64,000 bases of DNA from an uncultured delta proteobacterium (GCA_963760795.1 CAVXEP010000001.1:32001-96000), one strand, 5' to 3'. Shown: positions 1-9,930, numbered from the stretch's first letter. The notes: generated by a model from the letters alone, not told the origin. Program-made: numbers and translations.

Positions 1-167
1 TTGAGCTTGGGATCTTCTTTGTTGATCATCGACGAGGACTTGACCGGGTTGAGGGTGACACCGTCGATGGGTACGCGGCCTTCGAGCAACGGCAGGGTGA
101 TGTCGTAGCGCATCACGGGAAAGTCGATTGTGATTGGTGACTGGCTTGTCATGATTTTTTCATCCAT
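1..167 (-). CDS. Partial (runs off window) 4,5-dihydroxyphthalate decarboxylase-like / substrate-binding-fold protein, N-terminus
   Basis: Manual translation MDEKIMTSQSPITIDFPVMRYDITLPLLEGRVPIDGVTLNPV; YD-T-PLL-GRV-I-GV-L resembles the N-terminus of that family. Not in ORF track. Confidence 0.5.
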   Translation of the reverse strand, partial: MDEKIMTSQSPITIDFPVMRYDITLPLLEGRVPIDGVTLNPVKSSSMINKEDPKL

Positions 168-290
168 GACGCGAAGCCGGTGGCCTGTCAAGGGCGCGTG
201 AGTCCACTGCGCGCCTCGCCCTCCAGCTTCGTGCTTATCCTATCCTTCGTGGTGAAGAATTCTTTGCCATTGGGTTGCCGCTGTGCAGGG

Positions 291-1439
291 CTAGGCGCCG
301 TGCCGTGGCGTGAGGGTTTCGAGCTTCGCTCTCAAGAGCTCCGGCTGGCCATGCTGCTTCGAGAACAACCGGTTTAGTTCCGTGGCATTGACTTCAGCCA
401 AGGTGGGCGGATTCCAGCGCGGTTGTTGATCTTTGTCGATCAAGCGCGCGCGCACACCTTCGCGGAAGTCCGAGCGGGTGCAGAAATTGAGCGCCATGTC
501 CCATTCGCGCAGGAAGACATCTTTCAATGGCAATCCTCGGCCGCCGGTGATCTGTTCGAAGATTGCCCATGCTGAGGTCGGCGAGCCGGCGCGGTAGCCG
601 TGAATCGCGGCGCTCATCCATTCGTCGTCGCCCTGCCATCGGCGCATGGCGGCGTCGATGGCTACGATGTCCGGCTGCAGGGCTATTTCTTTGATGACGG
701 AATGGCGCTTCATGACCTCGGATTGGTCTGGCTCGACAGCGTCCGCGAACTGCCGCAAATAGTCGCCCAATATTTCGCGGTCCTTTGCCATCTGCCGCGT
801 CCATGGCAAATGAACTAGGCCGTCGAGAACTGCGCGCTTGTGCTCGGCGCGGATGAGCAGGTCGGCCATGCCGATGCTGACGGCGTCGGCGCCGTTGAAG
901 CGAGCCGAGGTCAGACCCAAGAACATGCCCACTCCCTCCGGCATGCGATTCAAAAAATAACTGCCGCCGACATCGGGAAACAGGCCGATGGCGATCTCCG
1001 GCATCGCCATCTGGGTGCGCTCGGTGACGACGCGGCAAGTGGCGCCGTTCATGACGCCGATACCGCCGCCCATGGTGATACCGTCGGCCCAACAGAGCAG
1101 CGGTTTCGGGTAGCTGTGAATTAGATAATCGACGAAATACTCATGGGAGAAAAAATCGGCGCCGATTCGGATATCGGCACTGGCGTTCAGTTGCGTCACC
1201 AACGCCTTGACATCGCCGCCGGCGCAAAAGGCTTTTTCCGAATCTGCGTGCAGTACGACACAGACGATATCGGCGCGTTCGCGCCATTCCAGGAGTTTGC
1301 GCTCCAACTCCTGGAACATCTCCAACGTCAAGGCATTGAGCGCCCGTGGGTTGTTTGGCGATAGCAGGCCAATGGTGCCGGTTGCGGTTTGCTGCTCGGT
1401 GCTCGATACGGCGGCGGTCTGCGGGGCTTGCTCGGTCAT
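291..1439 (-). CDS. Enoyl-CoA hydratase/isomerase family, 3-hydroxyisobutyryl-CoA hydrolase-like
   Basis: [51 protein letters not shown] motifs. Confidence 0.9.
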   Translation of the reverse strand: MTEQAPQTAAVSSTEQQTATGTIGLLSPNNPRALNALTLEMFQELERKLLEWRERADIVCVVLHADSEKAFCAGGDVKALVTQLNASADIRIGADFFSHEYFVDYLIHSYPKPLLCWADGITMGGGIGVMNGATCRVVTERTQMAMPEIAIGLFPDVGGSYFLNRMPEGVGMFLGLTSARFNGADAVSIGMADLLIRAEHKRAVLDGLVHLPWTRQMAKDREILGDYLRQFADAVEPDQSEVMKRHSVIKEIALQPDIVAIDAAMRRWQGDDEWMSAAIHGYRAGSPTSAWAIFEQITGGRGLPLKDVFLREWDMALNFCTRSDFREGVRARLIDKDQQPRWNPPTLAEVNATELNRLFSKQHGQPELLRAKLETLTPRHGA

Positions 1440-1593
1440 GGCGGTCTACTCTCAAGTCAGCTGGAACAAAATTGTTTGACAATGGCCAGGGCTTCATCTT
1501 TTGTGTCCGGTCGGCGCCTGGGCGGTTTTGACACGGTATCTTAATTCGGTGGAAATTCAACGACTTGCCTTAGCCACAAGCCGTTCAAGCGGC

Positions 1594-1608
1594 TGGCATA
1601 TTGATTGC
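1594..1608 (+). promoter_or_regulatory. sigma54 -24/-12 promoter
   Basis: TGGCATATTGATTGC (GG-N10-GC) 46 nt before ATG 1654; IHF-like ATTCAACGACTTG (1 mismatch) at 1555-1567. Confidence 0.7.
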
Positions 1609-1653
1609 TGTACAGTGCAATCGAGCCGTAATTCTAGGACAGAGAGGGACAAC

Positions 1654-1890
1654 ATGGAAGCTATGGAAGCTGTGGAAGTATTGGAACCTGTCGTCACCAA
1701 CGAAGTCAGCGCAGTTTACGACATTCATTACGAAAACGCGACTTACCAGGCGGCGGTGTGCCACCGTTGCAACGCTAAGATGTTCCCGGCGGAACTGCTC
1801 GAAGCGCATATGGATCGCCACCAACTTAAAGATATGTTCCTCGAGAGCGAACTCAAGAAACTCCAGTACGCAATGAATCGAATGCGATAG
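1654..1890 (+). CDS. Small protein (78 aa) with C2H2 zinc-finger pattern
   Basis: RBS GAGGGA then ATG 1654; CHRC-x12-HMDRH followed by a helical, charged C-terminus. Confidence 0.75.
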   Translation: MEAMEAVEVLEPVVTNEVSAVYDIHYENATYQAAVCHRCNAKMFPAELLEAHMDRHQLKDMFLESELKKLQYAMNRMR

Positions 1891-1980
1891 GCTGACGATT
1901 TCGCCGGCTCCGGCCGGCAACCTGTGTTCCCAGGCGCAGGCGTGGATTCCTCCTCGGTTCACGTTTGCGGTATCATCCCC

Positions 1981-2007
1981 AGGGTGTCCCCAATAGGGGG
2001 ACACCCT
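1981..2007. other. Perfect 11-bp inverted repeat (operator or hairpin)
   Basis: AGGGTGTCCCC-AATAG-GGGGACACCCT. Confidence 0.5.
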
Positions 2008-2167
2008 TCCCCCTAAAAAATCTCCCACATCTCAAGTTCGTTGCAATTGCGCCACTGCGTTGACTGATGCGCCGTTGGTTCGTTGATGCGTGTGCCGGCG
2101 TCTGTGGCCAGGCAAATTGACTTCAAAGTTTCGCCTTGTTAACCAATGATGTCCTGGGAGAATAGAA

Positions 2168-3205
2168 TTGAAAGCCGTTCGCATGCATGGTTACGGCGGC
2201 ACGGAGCAACTGTTTTACGAAAGCTGCGAGCCGCCGAAGCTAACCGAACCCAACGAAGTCATCGTTAAGCTCAAGGCCGCTGCGCTCAATCACATCGATA
2301 TCTGGAATCGTATGGGCGCGACGGGGATCGATATCGCGATGCCGCATATTCTCGGCGCCGATGGCGCCGGCGTCGTCGCCGAGACCGGCGCCAAAGTTGA
2401 AAACGTCAAGGTGGGCGACGCTGTCTGTCTCTATCCGGCCACCGGCTGCGGCCAGTGTGAGTTTTGCCGCACCGAGCGGGATTTTATGTGTATCCGGTTG
2501 CGCGTGCTCGGCGAGCGCTTCGAAGGCACCTACGCCCAGTATGTGAAGCTGCCGGGGCAAAACTGTTTTCCGATCCCCAACAGTTATTCATTCCATGAAG
2601 CCGCGGCGTTTCCGCTGGTGTTCATCACGTTGTGGCGCATGGCGATTACCAACGCGGCGCTTCAACCGGGCGAGACCATGCTGATTATCGGCATCGGCGG
2701 TGGAGTGGCGAGCGCAACTCTGCAAGTGGCCAAACAGATCGGCGCCCGGGTGATCGTCACCTCGGGCAGCGATGCCAAGCTCGAGCGCGCCAAGAGTCTC
2801 GGCGCCGATCACGGCGTCAATCATCACCGAGAGAACTTCGCCACGGCGGTGCAATCGCTAACCGATCGGCGCGGCGTCGATGTCGTGCTCGATTGCGTCG
2901 GCGGTGAAGTGTGGCGGCAGAGTCTGGCCTCGCTGGCGCGCGGCGGCAGGTTGGTCACCTGCGGCGCCACGGCGGGCGGCCAGCCGCAAGATGACATCGC
3001 GGCGATCGTTGCCAAGCAGTTGAAGATTTACGGCTCGACACTGGGCAGCCGCCGGGAATTTTATCAACTCATCAGTTTTCTCAATGCGACTAAGATCAAA
3101 CCGATAGTCGACAGCGTATTCCCGCTCCGTGAGGCGGCCAGCGCGCAACGCTATCTCGAAGCGGCGAAGCAGTTCGGTAAGGTGGTGTTGGAGATGCCGG
3201 ACTGA
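2168..3205 (+). CDS. Zinc-binding dehydrogenase (MDR superfamily)
   Basis: LNHIDIW, PHILGADGAG, CGQCEFC...C structural Zn site, GIGGGVA. Confidence 0.9.
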   Translation: MKAVRMHGYGGTEQLFYESCEPPKLTEPNEVIVKLKAAALNHIDIWNRMGATGIDIAMPHILGADGAGVVAETGAKVENVKVGDAVCLYPATGCGQCEFCRTERDFMCIRLRVLGERFEGTYAQYVKLPGQNCFPIPNSYSFHEAAAFPLVFITLWRMAITNAALQPGETMLIIGIGGGVASATLQVAKQIGARVIVTSGSDAKLERAKSLGADHGVNHHRENFATAVQSLTDRRGVDVVLDCVGGEVWRQSLASLARGGRLVTCGATAGGQPQDDIAAIVAKQLKIYGSTLGSRREFYQLISFLNATKIKPIVDSVFPLREAASAQRYLEAAKQFGKVVLEMPD

Positions 3206-3286
3206 TAATTGGCGCGGCGCGGCGTATCGATTGGTCCCCTGCTTCTAATCGATTGACGGCGCCGTGGATCGGCGCCGATCCCCATT

Positions 3287-3598
3287 TCAATCAGTCTCGC
3301 CGTCAAAGCGGTTGCGGAAGCGCCGGTAGTCCTCGCGCTGGCGCAGGACCTCCGCTTTTCCCAAAGGGTCATAATTACACGGTCCATAGAAGTCGATGAT
3401 ATCGCCCTCGCTTGGGTCCTTGAGCTGGGGACGGTCAAAATGAAGGGTATTTTCACGGATCGCCGGGAACTTGAGATGGCAAGATTGTCCCGAAGCATCG
3501 GGGCTCCGCGAGATGACGCCGTCGGCTGCCCAGAGCACCGAACTGGATAGCAGCATTGTGCCAGCGAGAAATTGGATGGATCGAATTCGACTGTTCAT
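3287..3598 (-). CDS. Small secreted hypothetical protein with two Cys
   Basis: RBS AGGAG; signal-peptide-like N-terminus ending VLWAA; CHLKFPAIRE...DIIDFYGPCNYDPLG. Confidence 0.75.
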   Translation of the reverse strand: MNSRIRSIQFLAGTMLLSSSVLWAADGVISRSPDASGQSCHLKFPAIRENTLHFDRPQLKDPSEGDIIDFYGPCNYDPLGKAEVLRQREDYRRFRNRFDGETD

Positions 3599-3694
3599 AA
3601 ACCGCTCCTTTCAGACAGCGGGACGTTTGACGACGATGTCAAATATCCTACATCAGGATTCGCCCAGGTGATAGAGCCCCCGGTGCGCTTACGA

Positions 3695-4657
3695 TCAGCG
3701 CGCAAACAAGCCGCGGCGCTTGAGCGCTTCGGCGCAAGCTTCGAGAGTGCGTAGTTGGTCGTTGGCGGCGAAGCGCAAGACCACAGTGCGGGCGCCGGCC
3801 TCGACATATTTCTCGGTCCAATCGATCACTTCATCCCAGGAGCCGGTGACGCAAAGCATGGCATTGGCCACCGCTTCATAGGACCGATTATAATATAGCG
3901 CCAAGAACTGTTGCCCCTCGACCACCGCGTCTTTGCCGCCTGCCGCCAGGGTGAAATAAATTGCCGGATGGATCGACTCGGGATTGCGCCCGGCGGCGCC
4001 GGCGTACTCTTGAATCTTTCGCCAACACTCGCCGAATAGTTCGGGGCTTTTGATGTTGTTGAGCCAGCCGTCGGCGAGCCGGGCGACGCGCTTCAGGCCG
4101 GGCTCGACGGCGTTCGACGCCAGCCAGATCGGCACGCCGCCAGCCTGAGTCGGCTTGGGTTCGAGGGTCACGTGATCGAAGCGGCTGAACTTGCCGGCAT
4201 GGGTTACGTCGTTTTCGCGCCAGAGCCGGCGCATGACTTGGACTAGCTCTTCGCTCATCTTCATGCGCGCGCTGGGATCGAGGCCGAGGATTTCAAATTC
4301 ATGCTCCGCCGCGGGTTCCTTGGGCCGGCCGTAACCGACGCCGAGATCGACGCGCCCGCCAGTCATCCAGTCGAGGCTGGCGAGCTGGTAAGCGAGCAGG
4401 ATCGGATTGCGCAGCGCGGCGAGAAATATCGCCGTACCTAAACGAACCTGCTGCGTGCGCGCGCCGATGGCGGCCAAGGTGGTCAGCGCATCGATGCGCG
4501 GCCGCGCCGTCAAACTATCGCCGACCCACACCGAGTGAAAGCCCAATGCCTCGGCGCGCTCGGCAATTTGAAACAGAGCCGACGGATCCGCGCGTCCAGC
4601 CATGATCGCTTCGCGGGTGGGTAATAACACGCCGAAGTTGATTTTTGCGTTCTGCAT
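3695..4657 (-). CDS. LLM-class flavin-dependent oxidoreductase
   Basis: AEALGFHSVWVGDS, VRLGTAI, LDWMTGGRVDLGVG; start set at MQNAK. Confidence 0.9.
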   Translation of the reverse strand: MQNAKINFGVLLPTREAIMAGRADPSALFQIAERAEALGFHSVWVGDSLTARPRIDALTTLAAIGARTQQVRLGTAIFLAALRNPILLAYQLASLDWMTGGRVDLGVGYGRPKEPAAEHEFEILGLDPSARMKMSEELVQVMRRLWRENDVTHAGKFSRFDHVTLEPKPTQAGGVPIWLASNAVEPGLKRVARLADGWLNNIKSPELFGECWRKIQEYAGAAGRNPESIHPAIYFTLAAGGKDAVVEGQQFLALYYNRSYEAVANAMLCVTGSWDEVIDWTEKYVEAGARTVVLRFAANDQLRTLEACAEALKRRGLFAR

Positions 4658-4696
4658 TGGATCGCTCTCTGTATTTTCCTTTAAGTATATTGAACT

Positions 4697-4760
4697 CGTA
4701 AAGGGTGAAGGAAGGCGTCGGGATCGGAAACGCCTAACCCTTTGCCCCTCACGCCTTACG
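4697..4760. repeat. Palindromic heptamer-repeat element, family E (GTGAGGG/CCCTCAC-type)
   Basis: CGTAAAGGGTGAAGG...CCTAACCCTTTGCCCCTCACGCCTTACG; related copy at 27281-27357. Confidence 0.65.
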
Positions 4761-5211
4761 AGTTCTCCGCGCCGCGGATCAATCGCGCGACATCGTACTC
4801 CATGATCGTTTCGCCGCGCTGATTCTTGACCCACTGGCGGTAGCGGACGATGCCGCCGCCGCGGGCCGGGACGGGCTTAGTATCCAACACTTCGATTTCC
4901 ACCTGGATCGTGTCGTTGACTTTGACCGGGCTGAACAGTCGCATCTTGTCGAGACCGGCGAAGGCCATGCCGGTGCCGTGAATTAGACCTGTCTGCACGG
5001 TGAGCCCTTCGGCCATGCCGAAGGTGAGACTGCCCGGCGCGATGCGCTCGCCGAAGAGACTTTCCTTGCGAATGTATTCCATGTCCAAAAACAGCGGCTC
5101 GGTGAGGCCGACCAAGTTCACAAAGGTCAGGATGTCGTGCTCGGTAATCGTCCGCCGGCCGGTGCTGTAGCGGTCGCCGGCATGAAACTCTTCAAAGGTT
5201 TTGCCGTTCAT
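4756..5211 (-). CDS. MaoC-family dehydratase
   Basis: RRTITEHDI, FGERIAPG, PVKVNDTI hot-dog motifs. Confidence 0.9.
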   Translation of the reverse strand: MNGKTFEEFHAGDRYSTGRRTITEHDILTFVNLVGLTEPLFLDMEYIRKESLFGERIAPGSLTFGMAEGLTVQTGLIHGTGMAFAGLDKMRLFSPVKVNDTIQVEIEVLDTKPVPARGGGIVRYRQWVKNQRGETIMEYDVARLIRGAENS

Positions 5212-6410
5212 AGGACGCTCTTTCGCTTTAGTTGTTCGATCTCCTCGATACTCATTCCGAGCCAGGATGACAAGACATCCGCGCAATGCTCGCCCAGCAG
5301 TGGCGGTGGTAGCCGCACCGACGCCGGGGTGGCGGAAAACTTAACCGGAATGCCGGCGAGCTTCACTTTGCCGGCGGTGGGATGGTCGACTTCGATGAGC
5401 ATATTGCGGTGCAGCACTTGCGGCGCGGCAAAAACTTGATCGATGGTTTGCACCGGCGCGCAGGGGACGTCGGCGGCGGTGAGCGCGGCGACCCAGTCAT
5501 TTGTCGTGCGGGTCAGAAAAATTGTTGAGAGCCTGGCGATCAATTCTATTCGATTCTCGACACGGTCGGCGTTCTTAGCGAAGCGCGGATCGTCGGCGAG
5601 TTCGGCCCGTCCCAGCGCCGGGCAGAGGCGCTGCCAGATTGTTTCGCTGGCGGCGCCGAGCACCAAAAAACTGTCGGCGGTCTGAAAGCTTTGGTAGGGC
5701 ACGATAGTCGGATGGGCGTTGCCCCAGCGGCCGGGAACTTGGCCGCCGATGAGATAGTTGCTGCCGGCGTTGATCAGCGCGGCGACTTCGGCTTCCAAAA
5801 GCGAAGTATCGAGCTTTTGGCCGACGCCGATTTTTTCTCTGGCATAAAGCGCGGCGACGATCGACTTGCCGAGCATCAAACCCGCGACCAGGTCGATGAT
5901 CGCGACGCCGACCTTGAGCGGTCCGCTCTCGGCGCTGCCGGTGACGCTCATCAAGCCGCCCCAGGCCTGCACGATCAAATCATAGCCCGGTATGTCCGCC
6001 ATAGGGCCGTCAGCGCCGAAACCCGACAGCGAAGCGTAAACCAGCCGCGGATTTTTTTCGCGCAACAGTTTTTCGCCCAAGCCCAAACGCTCCATGGCGC
6101 CGGGGCGAAAGTTTTCGATCAGCACGTCGGCGCGCTCGGCGAGTTGGCAGACAAGCGCGATGCCATCGGCCGACTTGAAGTCGACGGTGAGGCTTTTTTT
6201 GTTGCGATTGGTGCAGAGAAAATAAGCGCTCTCGCCGCCGGCGAAGGGCGGCCCCCAGCCGCGGGTGTCGTCGCCGACGCCGGGCTGCTCGACTTTCACC
6301 ACTTCGGCGCCAAGATCGCCCAAGAACATGGTGCAGTAAGGTCCGGCGAGGACGCGGGTGAGATCGAGGACGCGGATGCCGTGCAATGCGCCGTTATTCG
6401 CTTCGCTCAT
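5208..6410 (-). CDS. CoA-transferase family III (CaiB/BaiF)
   Basis: VLDLTRVLAGPY, DLGAEVVKVE, NRNKKS, ENFRPG, GYD. Confidence 0.95.
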   Translation of the reverse strand: MSEANNGALHGIRVLDLTRVLAGPYCTMFLGDLGAEVVKVEQPGVGDDTRGWGPPFAGGESAYFLCTNRNKKSLTVDFKSADGIALVCQLAERADVLIENFRPGAMERLGLGEKLLREKNPRLVYASLSGFGADGPMADIPGYDLIVQAWGGLMSVTGSAESGPLKVGVAIIDLVAGLMLGKSIVAALYAREKIGVGQKLDTSLLEAEVAALINAGSNYLIGGQVPGRWGNAHPTIVPYQSFQTADSFLVLGAASETIWQRLCPALGRAELADDPRFAKNADRVENRIELIARLSTIFLTRTTNDWVAALTAADVPCAPVQTIDQVFAAPQVLHRNMLIEVDHPTAGKVKLAGIPVKFSATPASVRLPPPLLGEHCADVLSSWLGMSIEEIEQLKRKSVL

Positions 6411-6422
6411 AGGAATGGGACT

Positions 6423-6499
6423 CGTTCAAAAGGTTCAACCGTTGTGCTCGGTGCAAGCCGTTCGCGCCATACGTACGGTTGAATGTTCAAGGTTCAACA
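6423..6499. repeat. GTTCAA-repeat intergenic element, family A (degenerate)
   Basis: Four GTTCAA units. Confidence 0.55.
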
Positions 6500-6523
6500 G
6501 GCGATTCATGAATCGCTCCTACG

Positions 6524-6898
6524 CTATTTAAATTCGATGCCTTTGGCTTTGAGAATGTCGTTCAACGTTTCGACGCCGAGCCAGAGGCCGGGCATGCCGC
6601 CGGGGATGGCCGCGACTTCGACGGCTTCCAAGACTTCGCGGGGCGCCGCGCCTAATGTCAGCGCGCGTTCGCTGTGCAGTTTTACACCGCGCGGGCGGTT
6701 GAGCGCGCAGCAGATGCCGACCATGATCAGTTCCTTGGTCTTACGCGGCAGCGCGCCTTCGCGCCCAAAGGTGCCATCGACATATATGCCTTTGAGCTTC
6801 TCGAAATACTCCGGGTCCATTTGCGCGATCAGTTCATAGGCCTTGTTCTGCGCGCCCAACGCGGTTTTTTCAAAAGCGTCTTTTGCATCTTGAGCCAT
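6524..6898 (-). CDS. Carboxymuconolactone decarboxylase/AhpD-family protein
   Basis: REGALPRKTKELI...H..RAL.LGA...EVLEA. Confidence 0.85.
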   Translation of the reverse strand: MAQDAKDAFEKTALGAQNKAYELIAQMDPEYFEKLKGIYVDGTFGREGALPRKTKELIMVGICCALNRPRGVKLHSERALTLGAAPREVLEAVEVAAIPGGMPGLWLGVETLNDILKAKGIEFK

Positions 6899-6944
6899 CG
6901 TTGCCTCCTAGGTTTCGGCGTGGAATTGAGTAAGAGTGTTTTTT

Positions 6945-7026
6945 ACCACGAAGGGCACGAAGATCACGAAGCTCGGAATCATGATTAACTGAAACCTAAG
7001 TGTTCTTCGTGCAACTCCGCGGTGAA
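6945..7026. repeat. CACGAAG nonamer palindromic element, family B
   Basis: CCACGAAGGGCACGAAGATCACGAAG ... CTTCGTG...GGTGAA. Confidence 0.7.
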
Positions 7027-7066
7027 TACTTTTCTTGCATCTCCGATCACTGTCGTGTCGCTTCGG

Positions 7067-8749
7067 CTAATCTTTCCGGGTGTTCTGGCTGATCACGACA
7101 TCGACCAGCGCTGGGCCGTTTTGATCCAAGGCGCGTTTGAGCGCCGCTTCGATGGCCTCGGGATGTTCGACGCGCTCTCCATGGATGCCGAAGGTTTCGG
7201 CGAGCCTGGCGAAGTTGATTTCCGGACCGGTGATCTCGGCGCCCATGTCGGCGGCGATGCGAATGCGCTCCTCGGTACCGCGGAACTGATTTTTGACCGC
7301 CATGTAAGCGCGATTGTTGAAGACGATGACGACCAGAGGAATGCGGTACCTGGCCAGCGTCCATAAACCTTGCAGGCCGAACATCGTGCTGCCGTCGCCC
7401 AGGCAGGCGACAACACGCCGTTTCGGCGCGGCGAGCTTGGCGCCGATGGCGGCGCCCAAGCCCCAACCTAAGTAGCCGCCGGAGGAATTGGAAAAATAAT
7501 CCCGCCCCAGTGAAAACTGAAAGTTCGACATCAAGAGATCCTTGCTGGTGGGGCTCTCGTTGACGATCAAGGTATCTTTCTCGACGAGCCGGTCCATGGT
7601 GCGGGCGACCCGCGCGGCGTTGATCGGTGTGGCGTCCCAACCTTTGCTGACACGGCTATCGATTTCGCCGGTGGCTTGGTCCTTGGCTTTGCGTAGACAT
7701 TCCAGACGCTCGGATTTCACTCCCGCTGCCGGCTCGACTTTCGCGTAGCTTTCGATCAGCGACTTGAGCGCGCTCTTGGCGTCGGCAACGATACCGATGT
7801 CGACGGGAAAAACCTTGCCGATCTCCCAGGGGTCTTCTTCGATGTGGACGATTTTTGTCGACGGTTTGATGACCGGTTCGGGGATATAGCGATATTCGCG
7901 GATCAAGCGGCAGCCGATTGCGATGATGACGTCGGGTTCGCCCCATACCGGTAGATCGAAGGAGGGTTGGCGCTCGGCGATTTGAAAACTCTGCAGATGC
8001 GTCGTTGGAAAAGACAAGAACGAATAGCGCGGTTCCATCACCACCGGGGCGGCGACCATCTCGGCGAATTTGATCAAATCTTCGGTGGCGTGCGCCTTGG
8101 CGATGGCGCTGCCGGCGACGATCAGTGGCCGCTTGGCGTGGGCGAGCATTTTAGCGGCGTCGGCAAATGCTTCGGGGTCGCCGGCGATGCGCGGCGAGAC
8201 CCGCGAACGCTCGGCGTCGGGGTTCTCTACATTGATGGATTCGCCGAGGAGATTACTCGGCAGCGCGAGATACACCGGCCCCGTGGGCGCCGACGATGCG
8301 ACTTTGAATGCGCGGTTCAAATATTCTGGAATCCGGTCGGCGCGATGAACTTCGGCGCTCCACTTGGTGAACTGCTTGGTCATCTCGACCAAGTTTTTGC
8401 CTTCCGTGTGTGAGTCGCGGCCGTCGATACGGGTGTCGACGTTTGTCGAGGTCACGATCACCGGCGAGCGATCGCGGTAGGCGTCATAAAGCGCTCCGAC
8501 GGAATTCGCCGAACCCGGCAATGTGCTTACCTGCGCCAGTTGCGGCCGCCCGGTGACGCGGGCGTGACCGTCGGCCATGGAGACGACGCAGGTCTCGTGC
8601 ATCGCCAGGATGAAGCGGATTTTCTCCTGGTCGGCGATAGTGCCGATGAATTCCTGACCGCTGGTGCCGGGCAGACCGAAAATATATTCGACGCCGTGGG
8701 CGGCGGCGACTTCTAGATAGGCTTGGGAGGCGATTTTTTCTGCGGACAT
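7067..8749 (-). CDS. Thiamine-diphosphate enzyme, benzoylformate decarboxylase-like
   Basis: IFGLPGTS, HET...MADG.AR, GG.LGWGLGAAIG, GDGS...N ThDP motif. Confidence 0.85.
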   Translation of the reverse strand: MSAEKIASQAYLEVAAAHGVEYIFGLPGTSGQEFIGTIADQEKIRFILAMHETCVVSMADGHARVTGRPQLAQVSTLPGSANSVGALYDAYRDRSPVIVTSTNVDTRIDGRDSHTEGKNLVEMTKQFTKWSAEVHRADRIPEYLNRAFKVASSAPTGPVYLALPSNLLGESINVENPDAERSRVSPRIAGDPEAFADAAKMLAHAKRPLIVAGSAIAKAHATEDLIKFAEMVAAPVVMEPRYSFLSFPTTHLQSFQIAERQPSFDLPVWGEPDVIIAIGCRLIREYRYIPEPVIKPSTKIVHIEEDPWEIGKVFPVDIGIVADAKSALKSLIESYAKVEPAAGVKSERLECLRKAKDQATGEIDSRVSKGWDATPINAARVARTMDRLVEKDTLIVNESPTSKDLLMSNFQFSLGRDYFSNSSGGYLGWGLGAAIGAKLAAPKRRVVACLGDGSTMFGLQGLWTLARYRIPLVVIVFNNRAYMAVKNQFRGTEERIRIAADMGAEITGPEINFARLAETFGIHGERVEHPEAIEAALKRALDQNGPALVDVVISQNTRKD

Positions 8750-8775
8750 TATTTTCTCAGCTCCTCTTGAATAAG

Positions 8776-8884
8776 GTTCAAAGGTTCAAGGGTTCAAAGT
8801 TCAAGCGCTCGGATGGAACCAATAGAACTTTTGGAACGACCGTAACCGTATTCCGATTGAACCTTGAACCCTTGAACCTTGAAC
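8776..8884. repeat. GTTCAA/TTGAAC palindromic element, family A (complete)
   Basis: (GTTCAA)x4 left arm and (TTGAAC)x4 right arm. Confidence 0.85.
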
Positions 8885-8895
8885 AAAGTATTTAG

Positions 8896-9930
8896 TCATC
8901 GATACAAGCCGTCGATGAAACCGCTGTCGTCCAACTCTTTTAGCAGAGTTGCGTTAATAAAGCGCTCCGGTGCCGCTTTGGCAGCCTCGGGGCGTTCCTT
9001 GGCGGCGAGGTCGAGGAGCGCTTTGACGCCTTTCACCGACGGATAGGGTTTGCGCGGCACAATTTTCGCCGCGAAGTATTCCCAGGTGGCGCCGACAGCT
9101 TCCATGTTGTCCGTGCGCATGTAGCGGGCGATGATCTTTTCGCTTTCTCGGCGCTGGGTTTTGAAATAGTGAATGCCTTCGACGAAAGCGCGCATTAGTC
9201 GAATTGCGGATGGTTTGTTCTGCGTCAAGAACTTCTGGCTACCCGCCATGCCGGTGATCAGGAACTCGCCGCCCAACTCGGACATGTCGAGTAAGACGTT
9301 CATGCCATCTTTCTGCGCTATGGTAGTGATCGGCGGCAAGAGAATCGCGCCGTCGAGCTGGCCGGCTTTCATGGCTTCCAACCGGGTCGACTGTTCGCCC
9401 AGCTGCAAGATCGTCACCTCGCGCGGATCGATCTTGAGATGATTGAGCGCATAGCGCGCCGCAACATCCGGCGCTGCGCCAAAACGATTGACGCCGATGC
9501 GTTTGCCCTTGAGCTGGTTAGCTGACGTGATGCTTTTGATCGTGACTAACTGGAAAGCAAAGGTGTTGACGATTCCAGCCGTCATCACCAGATCCGAACC
9601 GGCAAGATTGCTGCTGACAATCGCCGGTCCGGCCATCGCCATCGCTTGCACTTCATTCGCGACCATTGCCGCCGCCGCCGTCGGGCCGCCGGGAATGAAA
9701 ACGAGATTGACATCCAAGCCGTTTTTTCTAAACAGCCCGGCTTCTTTTGTGATCCAGATCGGCGCGTAAGCGCCGGCCTGGGCGCTGTAGCCGACGATCA
9801 TTTTTTCTTGCGCTGTCTGCGCCAGAACCGGCTGAGCGGAGAAGATCGTCGTCAAGATGATCAACCTGAAAGTGAAATGACCTGCTATGTAGCGACCGCG
9901 CTTCATTTTTAGTTCCTTCAGTCTGCTCAC
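8896..9930 (-). CDS. SsuA/NMT1-type ABC substrate-binding protein
   Basis: Signal peptide; GLFRKNGLDV, LKGKRIGVNRFG, ELDDSGFIDGLY; start may be 9906. Confidence 0.85.
   Translation of the reverse strand: MSRLKELKMKRGRYIAGHFTFRLIILTTIFSAQPVLAQTAQEKMIVGYSAQAGAYAPIWITKEAGLFRKNGLDVNLVFIPGGPTAAAAMVANEVQAMAMAGPAIVSSNLAGSDLVMTAGIVNTFAFQLVTIKSITSANQLKGKRIGVNRFGAAPDVAARYALNHLKIDPREVTILQLGEQSTRLEAMKAGQLDGAILLPPITTIAQKDGMNVLLDMSELGGEFLITGMAGSQKFLTQNKPSAIRLMRAFVEGIHYFKTQRRESEKIIARYMRTDNMEAVGATWEYFAAKIVPRKPYPSVKGVKALLDLAAKERPEAAKAAPERFINATLLKELDDSGFIDGLYR

Noticed and set aside
6524-6898. AhpD peroxidase or second selenoprotein
   Set aside because: Has CC rather than CxxC and no in-frame UGA
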